Origin: an uncultured Gammaproteobacteria bacterium
GTDB taxonomy: Bacteria > Pseudomonadota > Gammaproteobacteria > CAWCPV01
Direction: 5' to 3'
Length of the DNA: 64,000 bases
NCBI GenBank assembly: GCA_963797555.1
Contig: CAWCPV010000018.1
Coordinates: 1 to 64,000, forward strand
The notes beneath the pieces were generated by a model, which saw nothing but the letters and a program-made list of their open reading frames with translations, did no database searches and was not told the DNA's origin. The position numbers were made by a program, and so were the translations under genes. Each line of letters starts with the position of its first letter. Within the stretch, counting starts at the first letter, position 1. Below are positions 37,712 to 46,246 of this stretch, piece after piece.

Positions 37712-38344
37712 TCAGACTTCAGTCTGCTCAGCCATCTCCAGAGCGTCGTCGACTTCGATGCCGAGGTGGCGAACGGTGCTCTCCAGCTTGGTGTGACCGA
37801 GGAGCAACTGGACCGCCCGCAGGTTCTTGGTCCGCCGATAAATCAGCATTGCCTTCGTGCGGCGCAGCGAGTGGGTGCCAAAGTCCTTGGGGTTGAGGCC
37901 GATCAGGGTCGCCCAAGCTTTGACGACCCTCGAATACTGCCGGGTGGACAAGTGGGGCGACTTGCAGTGGCGGCTAGGAAACAGGAACTGGTCGGACCTC
38001 GAGCCGACTGCCGCAATCCAGGCCCCGACCGCGTCTCGGGTCTGCTCCGTCAGCTCGAACCGGACTGGCTGACCGGTCTTGCGCTGAACGACGCTCGCTC
38101 GGGCGAGGACGCGACCACCGTGGGCCACATCCCCGACCTGGAGGTGCACGAGATCACAACCGCGCAGCTTGCTATCGATGGCGAGGTTGAACAGGGCGAG
38201 ATCCCGAATCCGCTTGGCGATCTGCAGCCGGATGCGGATGGTCCAGATCTCCTTGAGCTTGAAGGGAGGTTTCGGTCCGACCAGCCTGCCCTTGTGCCAG
38301 GGCCGCGGGCGGCCCGTCGCTTGGCGCGGGTGCTCAGCGCACAT
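37712..38344 (-). CDS. Small tyrosine recombinase (catalytic domain only), catalytic Tyr replaced by His
   Basis: LFNLAIDSKLRGCDLV, QRKTG, GTHSLRRTK, LLGHTKLESTVRHLG. Confidence 0.85.
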   Translation of the reverse strand: MCAEHPRQATGRPRPWHKGRLVGPKPPFKLKEIWTIRIRLQIAKRIRDLALFNLAIDSKLRGCDLVHLQVGDVAHGGRVLARASVVQRKTGQPVRFELTEQTRDAVGAWIAAVGSRSDQFLFPSRHCKSPHLSTRQYSRVVKAWATLIGLNPKDFGTHSLRRTKAMLIYRRTKNLRAVQLLLGHTKLESTVRHLGIEVDDALEMAEQTEV

Positions 38345-38474
38345 GGTAGGGTCCCCCAGGGTGGTCGAGGAACCATCAGTCTGCGCGACCACCCCAACGG
38401 TCGTTTAAACGACCCTGAACGGCCATTCGGATCGCGCATTTTGCGGCGGCCACTGACACCGGATACATCGGCGA

Positions 38475-38580
38475 GATGTTCGCTGTGCGGCCCCGATGCG
38501 GATCATCGCCTTCGGCACCGGTACGGCCTCGGTCACCCGCATGCTTCAGCCCCTCGGGGAACCAACTCGGCCGCCCACGC
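38475..38580 (+). pseudogene. IS91-type transposase C-terminal remnant
   Basis: CSLCG..MRIIAF...SVTRMLQPLGEP pattern. Confidence 0.5.
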
Positions 38581-38789
38581 GCCTACTGGTGGATTCTACC
38601 TCCGGCCGCCTGCTCGATGCGCTCGTTAGGCGCCGAAAGGCGGGCCAATGCGGCCTAGCCCCATTCTCTGGATTAGCTTTGGGCTGTGGACTTGTTCACG
38701 GCCACGGCGGCCCGATGAGAGCCTTCAGAGCCTCCTCGTCCAGCCGTTGACCCATCCTGCTCCCCATCCCGTCAGGTCACCGCCCAGGC

Positions 38790-39809
38790 GGTGCTCGAGC
38801 CCCATTACGCCTGCACCGAGCAGCGTATGCGCGAACACTCGGTGGTGCTGTGCATCCAAGACACCACGGAAGGGGACTATAGCGGCAAGAACGACATCGT
38901 CGGGCTGGACCCGCTCAACTACGAGACCCGCCGTGGATTGTACCTGCACCCCACCCTCGCCGTGACCCCCGAGCGGGTGCCCTTGGGGGCCCGCCGGCCC
39001 ATCGAGGAAAAAGAGAGCCTGCGTTGGCTGGAGGGTTATCGACGCGTCTCGGAGCTCATCGAGTCCCTGCCCGAGACCCGGTTGGTCTATGTCGCCGACC
39101 GCGAGGCCGACCTCTACGCCGGTGCTGGCCGAGGCCGAATTCGACCTGCCCGCCACCGCTAGGCGTCCGGCGCGGCGCATCCACCAGCAACTGCGCGTCG
39201 CACGCCTCACTTTCAAGGCCCCGCATCGCTCGGACCGCACCCTGGCGGACATCGAGGTGAGCGCCGTGCTGGCCCGCGAGGTGGACCCGCCCCAGGGCGA
39301 GGAGCCCATCGAGTGGCTGCTCCTCACCAGCCTCCCCGTCGAGACCGCCGAGCAGGCCCTGGAGAAGCTCCAATGGTACCTCTGCCGGTGGCAAATCGAG
39401 GTGTTCTTCAAGATCCTCAAAAGCGGCTGCCGCATCGAGAAGCTGCAGCTCGAGACCTTCGAACGCCTGGAGCCCGCGCTCGCCTTCTACCTCATCATCG
39501 CCTGGCGGGTGCTCTACCTCACCCTGCTCGGGCGCGACTGCCCGCAGATGCCCTGCAACGTGGTGTTCGCCGAGGAGGAATGGCGCGCGGTGTATATCGT
39601 CACCAAGCGCCAGCCCCCGCCTGAGACACCCCCCCCGCTCGATGCGATGGTGCGTATGGTGGCGAGCTTCGGCGGCCTCCTCAATCGCAAGGGCGACGGC
39701 TTCCCGGGTCCGCAAAGCCTGTGGATCGGGCTGCAGCGAACCCGCGACTTCGTGCTCGCCATGGACGCACAACGGGCCTCACAGAGCCCGAGATGTGTAT
39801 AAGGACATG
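38790..39809 (+). pseudogene. IS4-family (IS50-like) element remnant with right end
   Basis: CIQDTT, VADREAD, YLCRWQIEVFFKILKSGC; end AGATGTGTATAAGGACATG. Confidence 0.85.
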
Positions 39810-39925
39810 AGCTGTACCGCGTCGAGAAGGAAGCCAGGAATGCCAGGCAGGGGCTGTGGGGGCTGCCGGAGGCTCAGAGGGTGGCGCCCTGGGAGTGGAG
39901 GCATCATGCGCGTTCGGTGCAATGA
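39809..39925 (+). pseudogene. Thermonuclease (SNase) C-terminal remnant
   Basis: ELYRVEKEARNARQGLWGLPEAQRVAPWEWR matches the SNase C-terminal E..AR....GLW....PWEWR pattern. Confidence 0.65.
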
Positions 39926-39942
39926 AAAGCCGCCTCCTTTCA

Positions 39943-40013
39943 ACGCTGCCAGGTGCGGACCCGCATGCAGGGTCGTGTGGGGGCTGGAGGTTAAACACCC
40001 CCGGCTACCCGAT
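39943..40013 (+). ncRNA. Group IIC intron domain V-VI remnant inserted in an attC R'' box
   Basis: GGTGCGGACCCGCATGCAGGGTCGTGTGGGGG...CCCCCGGCTACCCGAT followed by TAGGC (GT|TAGGC site). Confidence 0.7.
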
Positions 40014-41960
40014 TAGGCACCCCTATCGTTCACCGGCTTGTAGGTCAGAATAGCCACCCCGTTGCCGCTTGTCTTCGAGTGAGCAAGCTGCAAGTGCTTG
40101 ATTGCCTTCCCGTCATGGAATAAACGTGCGCCGCGACCAGCGACCACAGGGTATATTTCAAGCCGCAACTCATCGAGCAGCTTTGATGCAGCAGACCTGA
40201 TTCCGTGACTTCGCGTCTCAGCGGATGGCCGCAACCTGCTGATTTATCATTGCAGTTCAGCTAAAATCGGGCCGCACTCCAGCTCACCCGGCAGGTGAAC
40301 GATGAAGCGGTTCATCTTGGAGCAGTCCGATGAGGAATTTTACACCTCCCATTCTGGTCTGGCCTTGGTCGGTCTTTGCGTCAACCGCTTTAGCGGGTTG
40401 GGCAAGGCGCTGAAGCAGGCGATCCCGCTACGCCACGGCATCTCCCATGAAGACGTAGCCAAGAGCTATCTGGGGTTGATGTGTTTGGGCAAGAGCGACT
40501 TCGAAGCGGTCTCCAACGTCCGAGAGGACGATTTCTTCCGCCAGGCGTTGGGGCTGGAGCGGGTACCCTCGCCAGAAACGCTGAGGCAGCGTCTCGACGA
40601 GCACGCAGCGGTCCTGCGGGTAAGGTCATTGACGAGGCCGATATCGAGTTCATGGTCAACGCCAAGGCACCGGTCAGTGCGCTCAAGACCGGTCATGTGC
40701 CGGTGGACATCGATGTCTTTCCCATGGACAACTCCGGGACCAAGCAAGAAGGAGTCTCGCGCACCTACCACGGCTATGACGGTTATGCGCCGATCGCGAC
40801 CTACGTGGGAACCGAAGGGTGGTGCGTCGGCTGTGAGCTGCGAGAAGGCAAGCAGCACAGTCAGAAGGAATTCGGCTAGGTCTGGGAGCGCATCCTGCCG
40901 CGGGCCAGGCGCCTGACCAAACTGCCGCTGCTGGTGCGCCAGGACAGCGCCCACGACGCCTTGGAGAACCGGCTGCGCTACCTCGAAGAGGAGGTGGACT
41001 TCATTATCCAGTGGAACCCTCGGGGCGAGGACCCTGCCCATTGGCTGGAGCGCGCCGAGCGCCAAGGGGCATGGGAGACACCCCGACCCGGCAAGCGCGT
41101 GGCGCTGTTCAGCGTCGTCGAGGAGCACCCCCATCGGGAGCACACCTACCACGTTCGCCGGGTGATGCGGGTGACCGAGCGCACCATCGACAAGAAGGGC
41201 CAGGCGCTGTTGGTACCGGAGCTGGAGCTCGATGGCTGGTGGACCTCGCTCGCCTATCCGGACGCGGAGATCGTCGCCCTGTACCGGGACCTCCGAGCAG
41301 TTCCACAGCGAGTTCAAGACCGACCTCGATATCGAACGGCTGCCCTCCGGGAAATTCGACACCAATGACCTGGTGCTCGCCTTTGCCGTGTTCGCCTACA
41401 ACATCCTGCGCTTCATCGGGCTCATCGGGCTGACCGGCGAGTCGGCTCCCCTGCGCCATCCGGCCAAGCGCCGGCGGATCAAGACCGTCCTCCAGGAACT
41501 GATGTACCTCGCCGCCCGGTTGGTCGCCACCGCCCGCAGACTGAAGCTGCGCTTCAGCCGGCTCTGTCCCGGCTTCCGCGCCTTCGAGCAGCTGTATTAC
41601 CAACTCGCCTTCGGGTAGCTAGGACGACCTCCATAGAAACTCGACCCGGGCCTCACCAGACCCCGGTGTAAACCTACGCCCGAAATTCAGCGTCCAAGCC
41701 TCAAAGCCCCGCCGTCACTCCTGCGCCGACGAGGGTCTACGCCCGCTGTACATAGCCGGCGTCACCGGTTGGCTAAAAACTAACCAACTCAACTGAGAAT
41801 AGCTCCCATTCTCTCGCGCCCCGGGCGCTCGGAGATTCAAGTCACGGATCCAGGGCAGAGATTCAACCAATGTACCGCTGCCATGCACGCCGATGTTCTT
41901 CCCAGGGCGCTGCTTCAAGGTCGTGATCGAATCGGCGAGGTTGCCTTTGAGGAGCGTCAC
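40013..41960 (-). pseudogene. Dihydrofolate reductase/RibD C-terminal family cassette gene, 5'-deleted and split by IS1380
   Basis: LKQRPGKNIGVHGSGTLVESL | LLDELRLEIYPVVAGRGARLF...GVAILTY; stop coincides with R''-like GCCTA(A). Confidence 0.82.
40196..41854 (+). mobile_element. IS1380-family element, copy 2 (defective transposase)
   Basis: Same ends and length (1659 bp) as copy 1; 5-bp TSD GCAGA. Confidence 0.92.
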
Positions 41961-41961
41961 A

Positions 41962-42022
41962 TTCCCGCTCGCTCCACGGAGCGAGTTTCGAGGCCGCGGT
42001 CTGCTGTAGCGCCGGGTTAGGT
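41962..42022 (-). other. Truncated attC site of the hydrolase cassette
   Basis: Minus strand ACCTAAC-CCGGC-GCTACAGC-AGACCGCGGC; gene stop lies inside R''; distal arm deleted. Confidence 0.7.
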
Positions 42023-42919
42023 GGTCGATTGGGTTCCAAGCATCAGGTCCTGCTGGCTCCCTGCACCTGGCATTGACAGAATTAACCGCCCCACCTGTTC
42101 AGGCTCATCCAATTGGACGAAGTGTCGAGCGCCCGGGATAAGGAATAGTTCAGACTGTGGAAGAAACTCATGGAACGTCCGGGCGACACCGCTATTCAGG
42201 GTATAATCGGCGTCGCCGAAGATGATCCGGACCGGGCGCCTGAACTCCCGCAGCCTGGGGATCTTTTCTGTGTGCGCCCTGACCATGGGCAATAGATCTT
42301 CGTTCAGGCGAAAGAAGGCAGGACGGGCACTCGGCGTGGCGTCGAACTGTTGATACAGCAGCGGCACGAATTCACGTCTGACATCCGCGTCTCGGATAAA
42401 CCTCCCGACCTGCCACCAGTACATCCGGCGGAAGATCCAATTCCCGAACATCTGCGACACATGCCTCGCGATGCTTCTGATCACCGGCGTGGAGAAGAGC
42501 CAGATCGCCTCCGGCCGCCGGAGCGTCGGCATTTCGCAGTAGTACGTGTTCAACAGCACCAACCGGGCCACCCGCTCGGGGTGGTCGAGCGCCCAGTCAA
42601 TGGCCGGCGGGCCCGAGGCGTCGTGCGCGACGAGGGTGACTTGCTCAAGCCCCAGTTGGGTGATGACCGCATCCAGGTCACCGACTTGATTGGCGGTGGT
42701 ATAAGGGTAGCCGGACGGCTTATCCGAACTGCCCCACCCGAGAAAATCAAATGTGACGACTCGGCGCGGCGGCGAAAGGTGAGGGAGCAGACGGTCGTAG
42801 AGGTGCATATTGTCCGGGAACCCGTGCATCAGAATGATCGGCGGTTCCGCCCCCGGATGGTCGCGGACGTAGATCCGGTGTCCGTTCCGCTGCACAAGAG
42901 TCTCTTGGTAGACCATCAT
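42017..42919 (-). CDS. Alpha/beta fold hydrolase (haloalkane dehalogenase/epoxide hydrolase-like), first cassette of the left array
   Basis: LMHGFPD, DFLGWGSSDKP, VAHDASG, ARHFVQLDEPE. Confidence 0.9.
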   Translation of the reverse strand: MMVYQETLVQRNGHRIYVRDHPGAEPPIILMHGFPDNMHLYDRLLPHLSPPRRVVTFDFLGWGSSDKPSGYPYTTANQVGDLDAVITQLGLEQVTLVAHDASGPPAIDWALDHPERVARLVLLNTYYCEMPTLRRPEAIWLFSTPVIRSIARHVSQMFGNWIFRRMYWWQVGRFIRDADVRREFVPLLYQQFDATPSARPAFFRLNEDLLPMVRAHTEKIPRLREFRRPVRIIFGDADYTLNSGVARTFHEFLPQSELFLIPGARHFVQLDEPEQVGRLILSMPGAGSQQDLMLGTQSTT

Positions 42920-42948
42920 TCCCTCTGGAAGCAATGTCGCCTACCGAA

Positions 42949-43005
42949 TAGCATTTTATCCGTCGTGCGGCAGCATGATGGATAAAATGTGTTGAACTGA
43001 ACCGC
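42949..43005 (-). repeat. Left 57-bp terminal inverted repeat / putative recombination site
   Basis: Exact reverse complement of 45333-45389; internal hairpin CATTTTATCC..GGATAAAATG; GGTAGGC box at 42945-42939. Confidence 0.92.
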
Positions 43006-43252
43006 CGGATTCAGGCGGCCGGCCTATGGGGATGGTATGGGGGCAGTCCCGGGTTGGGGCCGCTTGGGGTGTGGCTGGTCGGGTGGTTATGTGGTGCATG
43101 GACCGCTCTCGCGGTCTCGGTCGGGTGTGATGTCCCCCGCCAGGCACTATGGCAAAGGTGCCGTGTACGGGTCAAGGGCTGGGGAAGACCAAAGGGGACT
43201 GTGGCCGGCTTGCAGGGAAGCGGTCGAGGGAGGCTTGGGCGGGTGAGGGTCG

Positions 43253-44470
43253 TCATGAGAGCCGTGGGGGTCCGGTCGCTTTCGGGGTGGGGGGTGTAGC
43301 CCTGAGCGGTGCCCCGAGGACTACCCGCGTGAGCCGCCCTTCTGCGCAGTAGGGGCAGCGCTGGATATCGATGCCGGTGAGGCGCAGCATGGTTTCCTGC
43401 GCCGACTCCGGTTCCCGCGGTTGCGGCGCTGGCTGGCCGAGAGCCGCCCGGCACCCGTCCAGGCGCTCGGCGCGGCATCGGTTCGCCAGCAGTCCGTAAT
43501 GGCGGATACGCATGAAGCCGGGGGGGAGTACGTGGAGCAGGAAGCGGCGGATGAACTCCTCGGCCCCAAGACGCATCACCTTCACCCGATTGCCCCGGGC
43601 GTAGTCGCGGTAGCGGAAACGCACCGTGTCGTCTTCGAGATCGAGGAGCCGCTCGTGGCTGATCGCGATGCGGTGGGTATAGCGCCCGAGGTAGGCCAGC
43701 ACCTGCTCGGGACCGGCGAACGGAGGCTTGGAGTAGACCACCCAGTCCTGGGAGCGCAGCTCGGTAAGAAAACGGGCAAAGCCCGGGGGCTCGACGAGCC
43801 CCGCCAGCTCGCCGGTGAAGCGCAGCTCGCCTCGCCCGTGGGCCGCCTGCAACGCTTCCAGGTACTTGCCCCGGAACACCCGGGAGAGCGCCCGGACCGG
43901 AAACAGGAAGCCTCGCTTGGCGGGAATCCAGCGGGCGTCGACGGAGAGCGCCCCGCCGGTCACGACACAATGCACGTGGAGGTGTTGGCCGAGGTTCTGG
44001 CCCCAGGTGTGCAGCACCAGGGTCGCTCCGAGATCCCCGCCGAGCCACCGGGGATTTCTGCCGAAGCTGAGCAGCGTCTCGGAGGCGGCCTGAAACAGCA
44101 GCCCGTAAACCACCCGTGGGTTGCCCTGTGCCAGCGGGTTGAGGGTATGCGGCAAGGTGAACACCACGTGGAAGTACTCCACCGGCAAGAGTTCCGCACA
44201 GCGCGCCTGCAGCCAGTGCTCCTTGGCCAGCGTCTGGCCCTTGGGGCAGTGGCGGTTACGGCAGGAGTGGTAACGCAGCTCGATGCGCCCGCAGCGGTCG
44301 CACTGCACCGCTTGAGCGCCCAGGAGCGGCGTGCGGCAGGCCACGATGGCCCGCATCACCCGGTGCTGCTGAGCGCACAGCCGATGGGTCGCCCGGAAGC
44401 GCTCCCCGTGGGCGCGGAAGATATCCGCCACCTCCAGCCGCCGCCCCGCCGGCGCGGGACGGGTGCACAC
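43253..44470 (-). CDS. IS91-family HUH/Y2 rolling-circle transposase with N-terminal Zn-binding domain
   Basis: CRT..LG...CDRC...SCRNRHCPK, YFHVVFTLPH, LHTWGQNLGQHLHVH, YLGRYTHR, RIRHYG, CPYC. Confidence 0.93.
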   Translation of the reverse strand: MCTRPAPAGRRLEVADIFRAHGERFRATHRLCAQQHRVMRAIVACRTPLLGAQAVQCDRCGRIELRYHSCRNRHCPKGQTLAKEHWLQARCAELLPVEYFHVVFTLPHTLNPLAQGNPRVVYGLLFQAASETLLSFGRNPRWLGGDLGATLVLHTWGQNLGQHLHVHCVVTGGALSVDARWIPAKRGFLFPVRALSRVFRGKYLEALQAAHGRGELRFTGELAGLVEPPGFARFLTELRSQDWVVYSKPPFAGPEQVLAYLGRYTHRIAISHERLLDLEDDTVRFRYRDYARGNRVKVMRLGAEEFIRRFLLHVLPPGFMRIRHYGLLANRCRAERLDGCRAALGQPAPQPREPESAQETMLRLTGIDIQRCPYCAEGRLTRVVLGAPLRATPPTPKATGPPRLS

Positions 44471-44473
44471 TGC

Positions 44474-45142
44474 CTAGAACTGCGTGGGGCTCTCGGGGAT
44501 CTCCAGCAGATCGAGCGGCGAGGCGGTGCCGGTGAGATGCGGCCTTGCCAGGTGAAAGTAGCGCAGGGTAGTGCTGAGGTGCCCGTGGCCCAACAGGCGC
44601 TGGATAGTGTGCAGATCCACTCCCGCCTCCAGCAAGTGGGTGGCGAAGGCATGCCTCAGCCCGTGGATGCCGCAGCGCTTGGTGATGCCCGCCTTGCGCT
44701 TGGCTGCATAGTAAATCTTCTGGGCCGAACGCGGATCGATGGGATGCACCCCATCTCGCAGGGGAAAGAGCCAGTGCTTGGGCCGATAAGCCATCCAGTA
44801 GCGGCGAACAGCCGCTTGATCTCCTCGCGGCTCAGGATCTCGGGAAGCCTGGAGGGCTGTCGGGGGCTCGGCAGACAGAGGCTCGGCCTCGGAGCGCCCC
44901 AGGCTGACTCGGTAGAAGAACTTCAGGCCATTGGCGACGATGTTGCAGGTGCTGCTGGAAAGTCCCCGCTCCGGAAGCCCGTGCAGCAGGTAGCTCTGTA
45001 CCTCGGGCTCGGAGATCTCATCGGGGCGGCGTCGGTAGAACCTGGCCAGACCCCGGACCGCATTGAGATAAGCCTCGCGGGTGCGCACCGCCATCCCCCG
45101 CAGCACCACGTCGTTGTCCATCTTCGTGCGTAGCTCGCTCAT
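44474..45142 (-). pseudogene. Tyrosine recombinase with SAM-like N-domain (non-IntI), internal deletion plus frameshift
   Basis: [12 protein letters not shown]..., [36 protein letters not shown]; [16 protein letters not shown] is in a shifted frame and box I (GLR) is missing. Confidence 0.88.
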
Positions 45143-45332
45143 GACCGCCTCCTTTCAAGCAGTGAGTGGGAAAGACCCACGCAAAGCTTGGCAGAGCGCT
45201 CATGAGACCTCGCAAAACGTCAGGCGAAGATGGCGATCCGGCCAATGGCCGGCCGCATTACAGCGCCAAAATAGCGGAGCAGTTCAGCCAGAAACAATGC
45301 GAAAACGTCAGGGAAACGAAACCACCGCGTAA

Positions 45333-45389
45333 GCGGTTCAGTTCAACACATTTTATCCATCATGCTGCCGCACGACGGATAAAATGCTA
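45333..45389 (+). repeat. Right 57-bp terminal inverted repeat / putative attI-equivalent
   Basis: GCGGTTCAGTTCAACACATTTTATCCATCATGCTGCCGCACGACGGATAAAATGCTA, followed by GTC-GTTAGCT (45393-45399). Confidence 0.92.
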
Positions 45390-45423
45390 GTCGTTAGCTG
45401 CAGAAAGTATATCGAGGTAACAC

Positions 45424-46122
45424 ATGACGCACCATGAAGTACATAGATCACATCGCGTAGGTTGGCTGCGCGCCGCTGTTTTGGGTGCAAATGACGGCAT
45501 TGTGTCTACAGCGAGTCTTATTATTGGTGTTGCCGCTGCAAGTACCACACAAGCAAGCATTCTTCTTGCCGGCGTTGCTGGATTGGTAGCAGGAGCCATG
45601 TCTATGGCGGCTGGTGAGTATGTGTCCGTCAGTTCTCAGTCCGATACAGAGAATGCGGATCTGGCACTCGAAACGACGTCATTAGAGAACGATATAGAAT
45701 TCGAAAAAGATGAGCTCGCAAAAATATACCAAAACAGGGGCCTTGAGCTTGTTTTAGCAAAACAAGTTGCTGAACAGCTAATGGCTAACGACGCGTTAGG
45801 GGCGCACGCTCGAGATGAAATTGGTATATCGGAGAGTGTCAGTGCCCGGCCAGTTCAAGCAGCTTTTTATTCAGCCGGTACATTTACAGTCGGTGCCGCA
45901 CTACCTTTAATAGTGGCATGGGCCACACCAGGTAACTATTTAATATCAGCAGTTGCAGCTTCGTCTCTTGTATTTCTAGCACTACTTGGTGGGGTTGCTG
46001 CACGTGTGGGTGGCGCTCCAATTACTGTCGGCGCAATCAGAGTGACTTTTTGGGGTGCGCTAGCTATGGGTTTAACCGGTTTAACCGCAGTAGTAGGTCG
46101 TATATTTGATGCGGTTGCATGA
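45424..46122 (+). CDS. VIT1/CCC1-family Fe/Mn transporter, first cassette of the right array
   Basis: LRAAVLGANDGIVS, AGAMSMAAGEYVSVSSQ; visibly AT-richer than the flanks. Confidence 0.95.
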   Translation: MTHHEVHRSHRVGWLRAAVLGANDGIVSTASLIIGVAAASTTQASILLAGVAGLVAGAMSMAAGEYVSVSSQSDTENADLALETTSLENDIEFEKDELAKIYQNRGLELVLAKQVAEQLMANDALGAHARDEIGISESVSARPVQAAFYSAGTFTVGAALPLIVAWATPGNYLISAVAASSLVFLALLGGVAARVGGAPITVGAIRVTFWGALAMGLTGLTAVVGRIFDAVA

Positions 46123-46159
46123 TGAGGCATTTATCGATTGTGCGCACGTCATTAAATAC

Positions 46160-46219
46160 AGCTAACAATTGGGTAAAGTTGGCGCCAAAAACCGGCCCGA
46201 CTTACCCAGAACGTTAGAG
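46160..46219 (+). other. attC site (complete)
   Basis: R'' AGCTAAC, arms TGGGTAAAGTTGG / CCGACTTACCCA with one extra base, R' GTTAGAG. Confidence 0.9.
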
Positions 46220-46246
46220 CGCACCAATCCTCCCTATTTGCAAACT

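Noticed and set aside
38600-38660. Possible additional attC end (GTTAGGC at 38625)
   Set aside because: No matching R''/L'' arm or associated ORF could be found.
39791-39809. Nextera/Tn5 mosaic-end adapter contamination (AGATGTGTATAAG...)
   Set aside because: Diverges from the adapter after 13 nt and sits exactly at the end of an IS50-like transposase, so it is read as the natural IS end.
19262-41854. Composite transposon bounded by the two IS1380 copies (likewise the two ISL3 copies)
   Set aside because: Each copy has its own matching TSD, indicating independent insertions.
44474-45142. Calling the recombinase IntI (classical integron)
   Set aside because: No IntI-specific insertion before W.FP, it is coupled to an IS91 transposase, and arrays lie on both sides.
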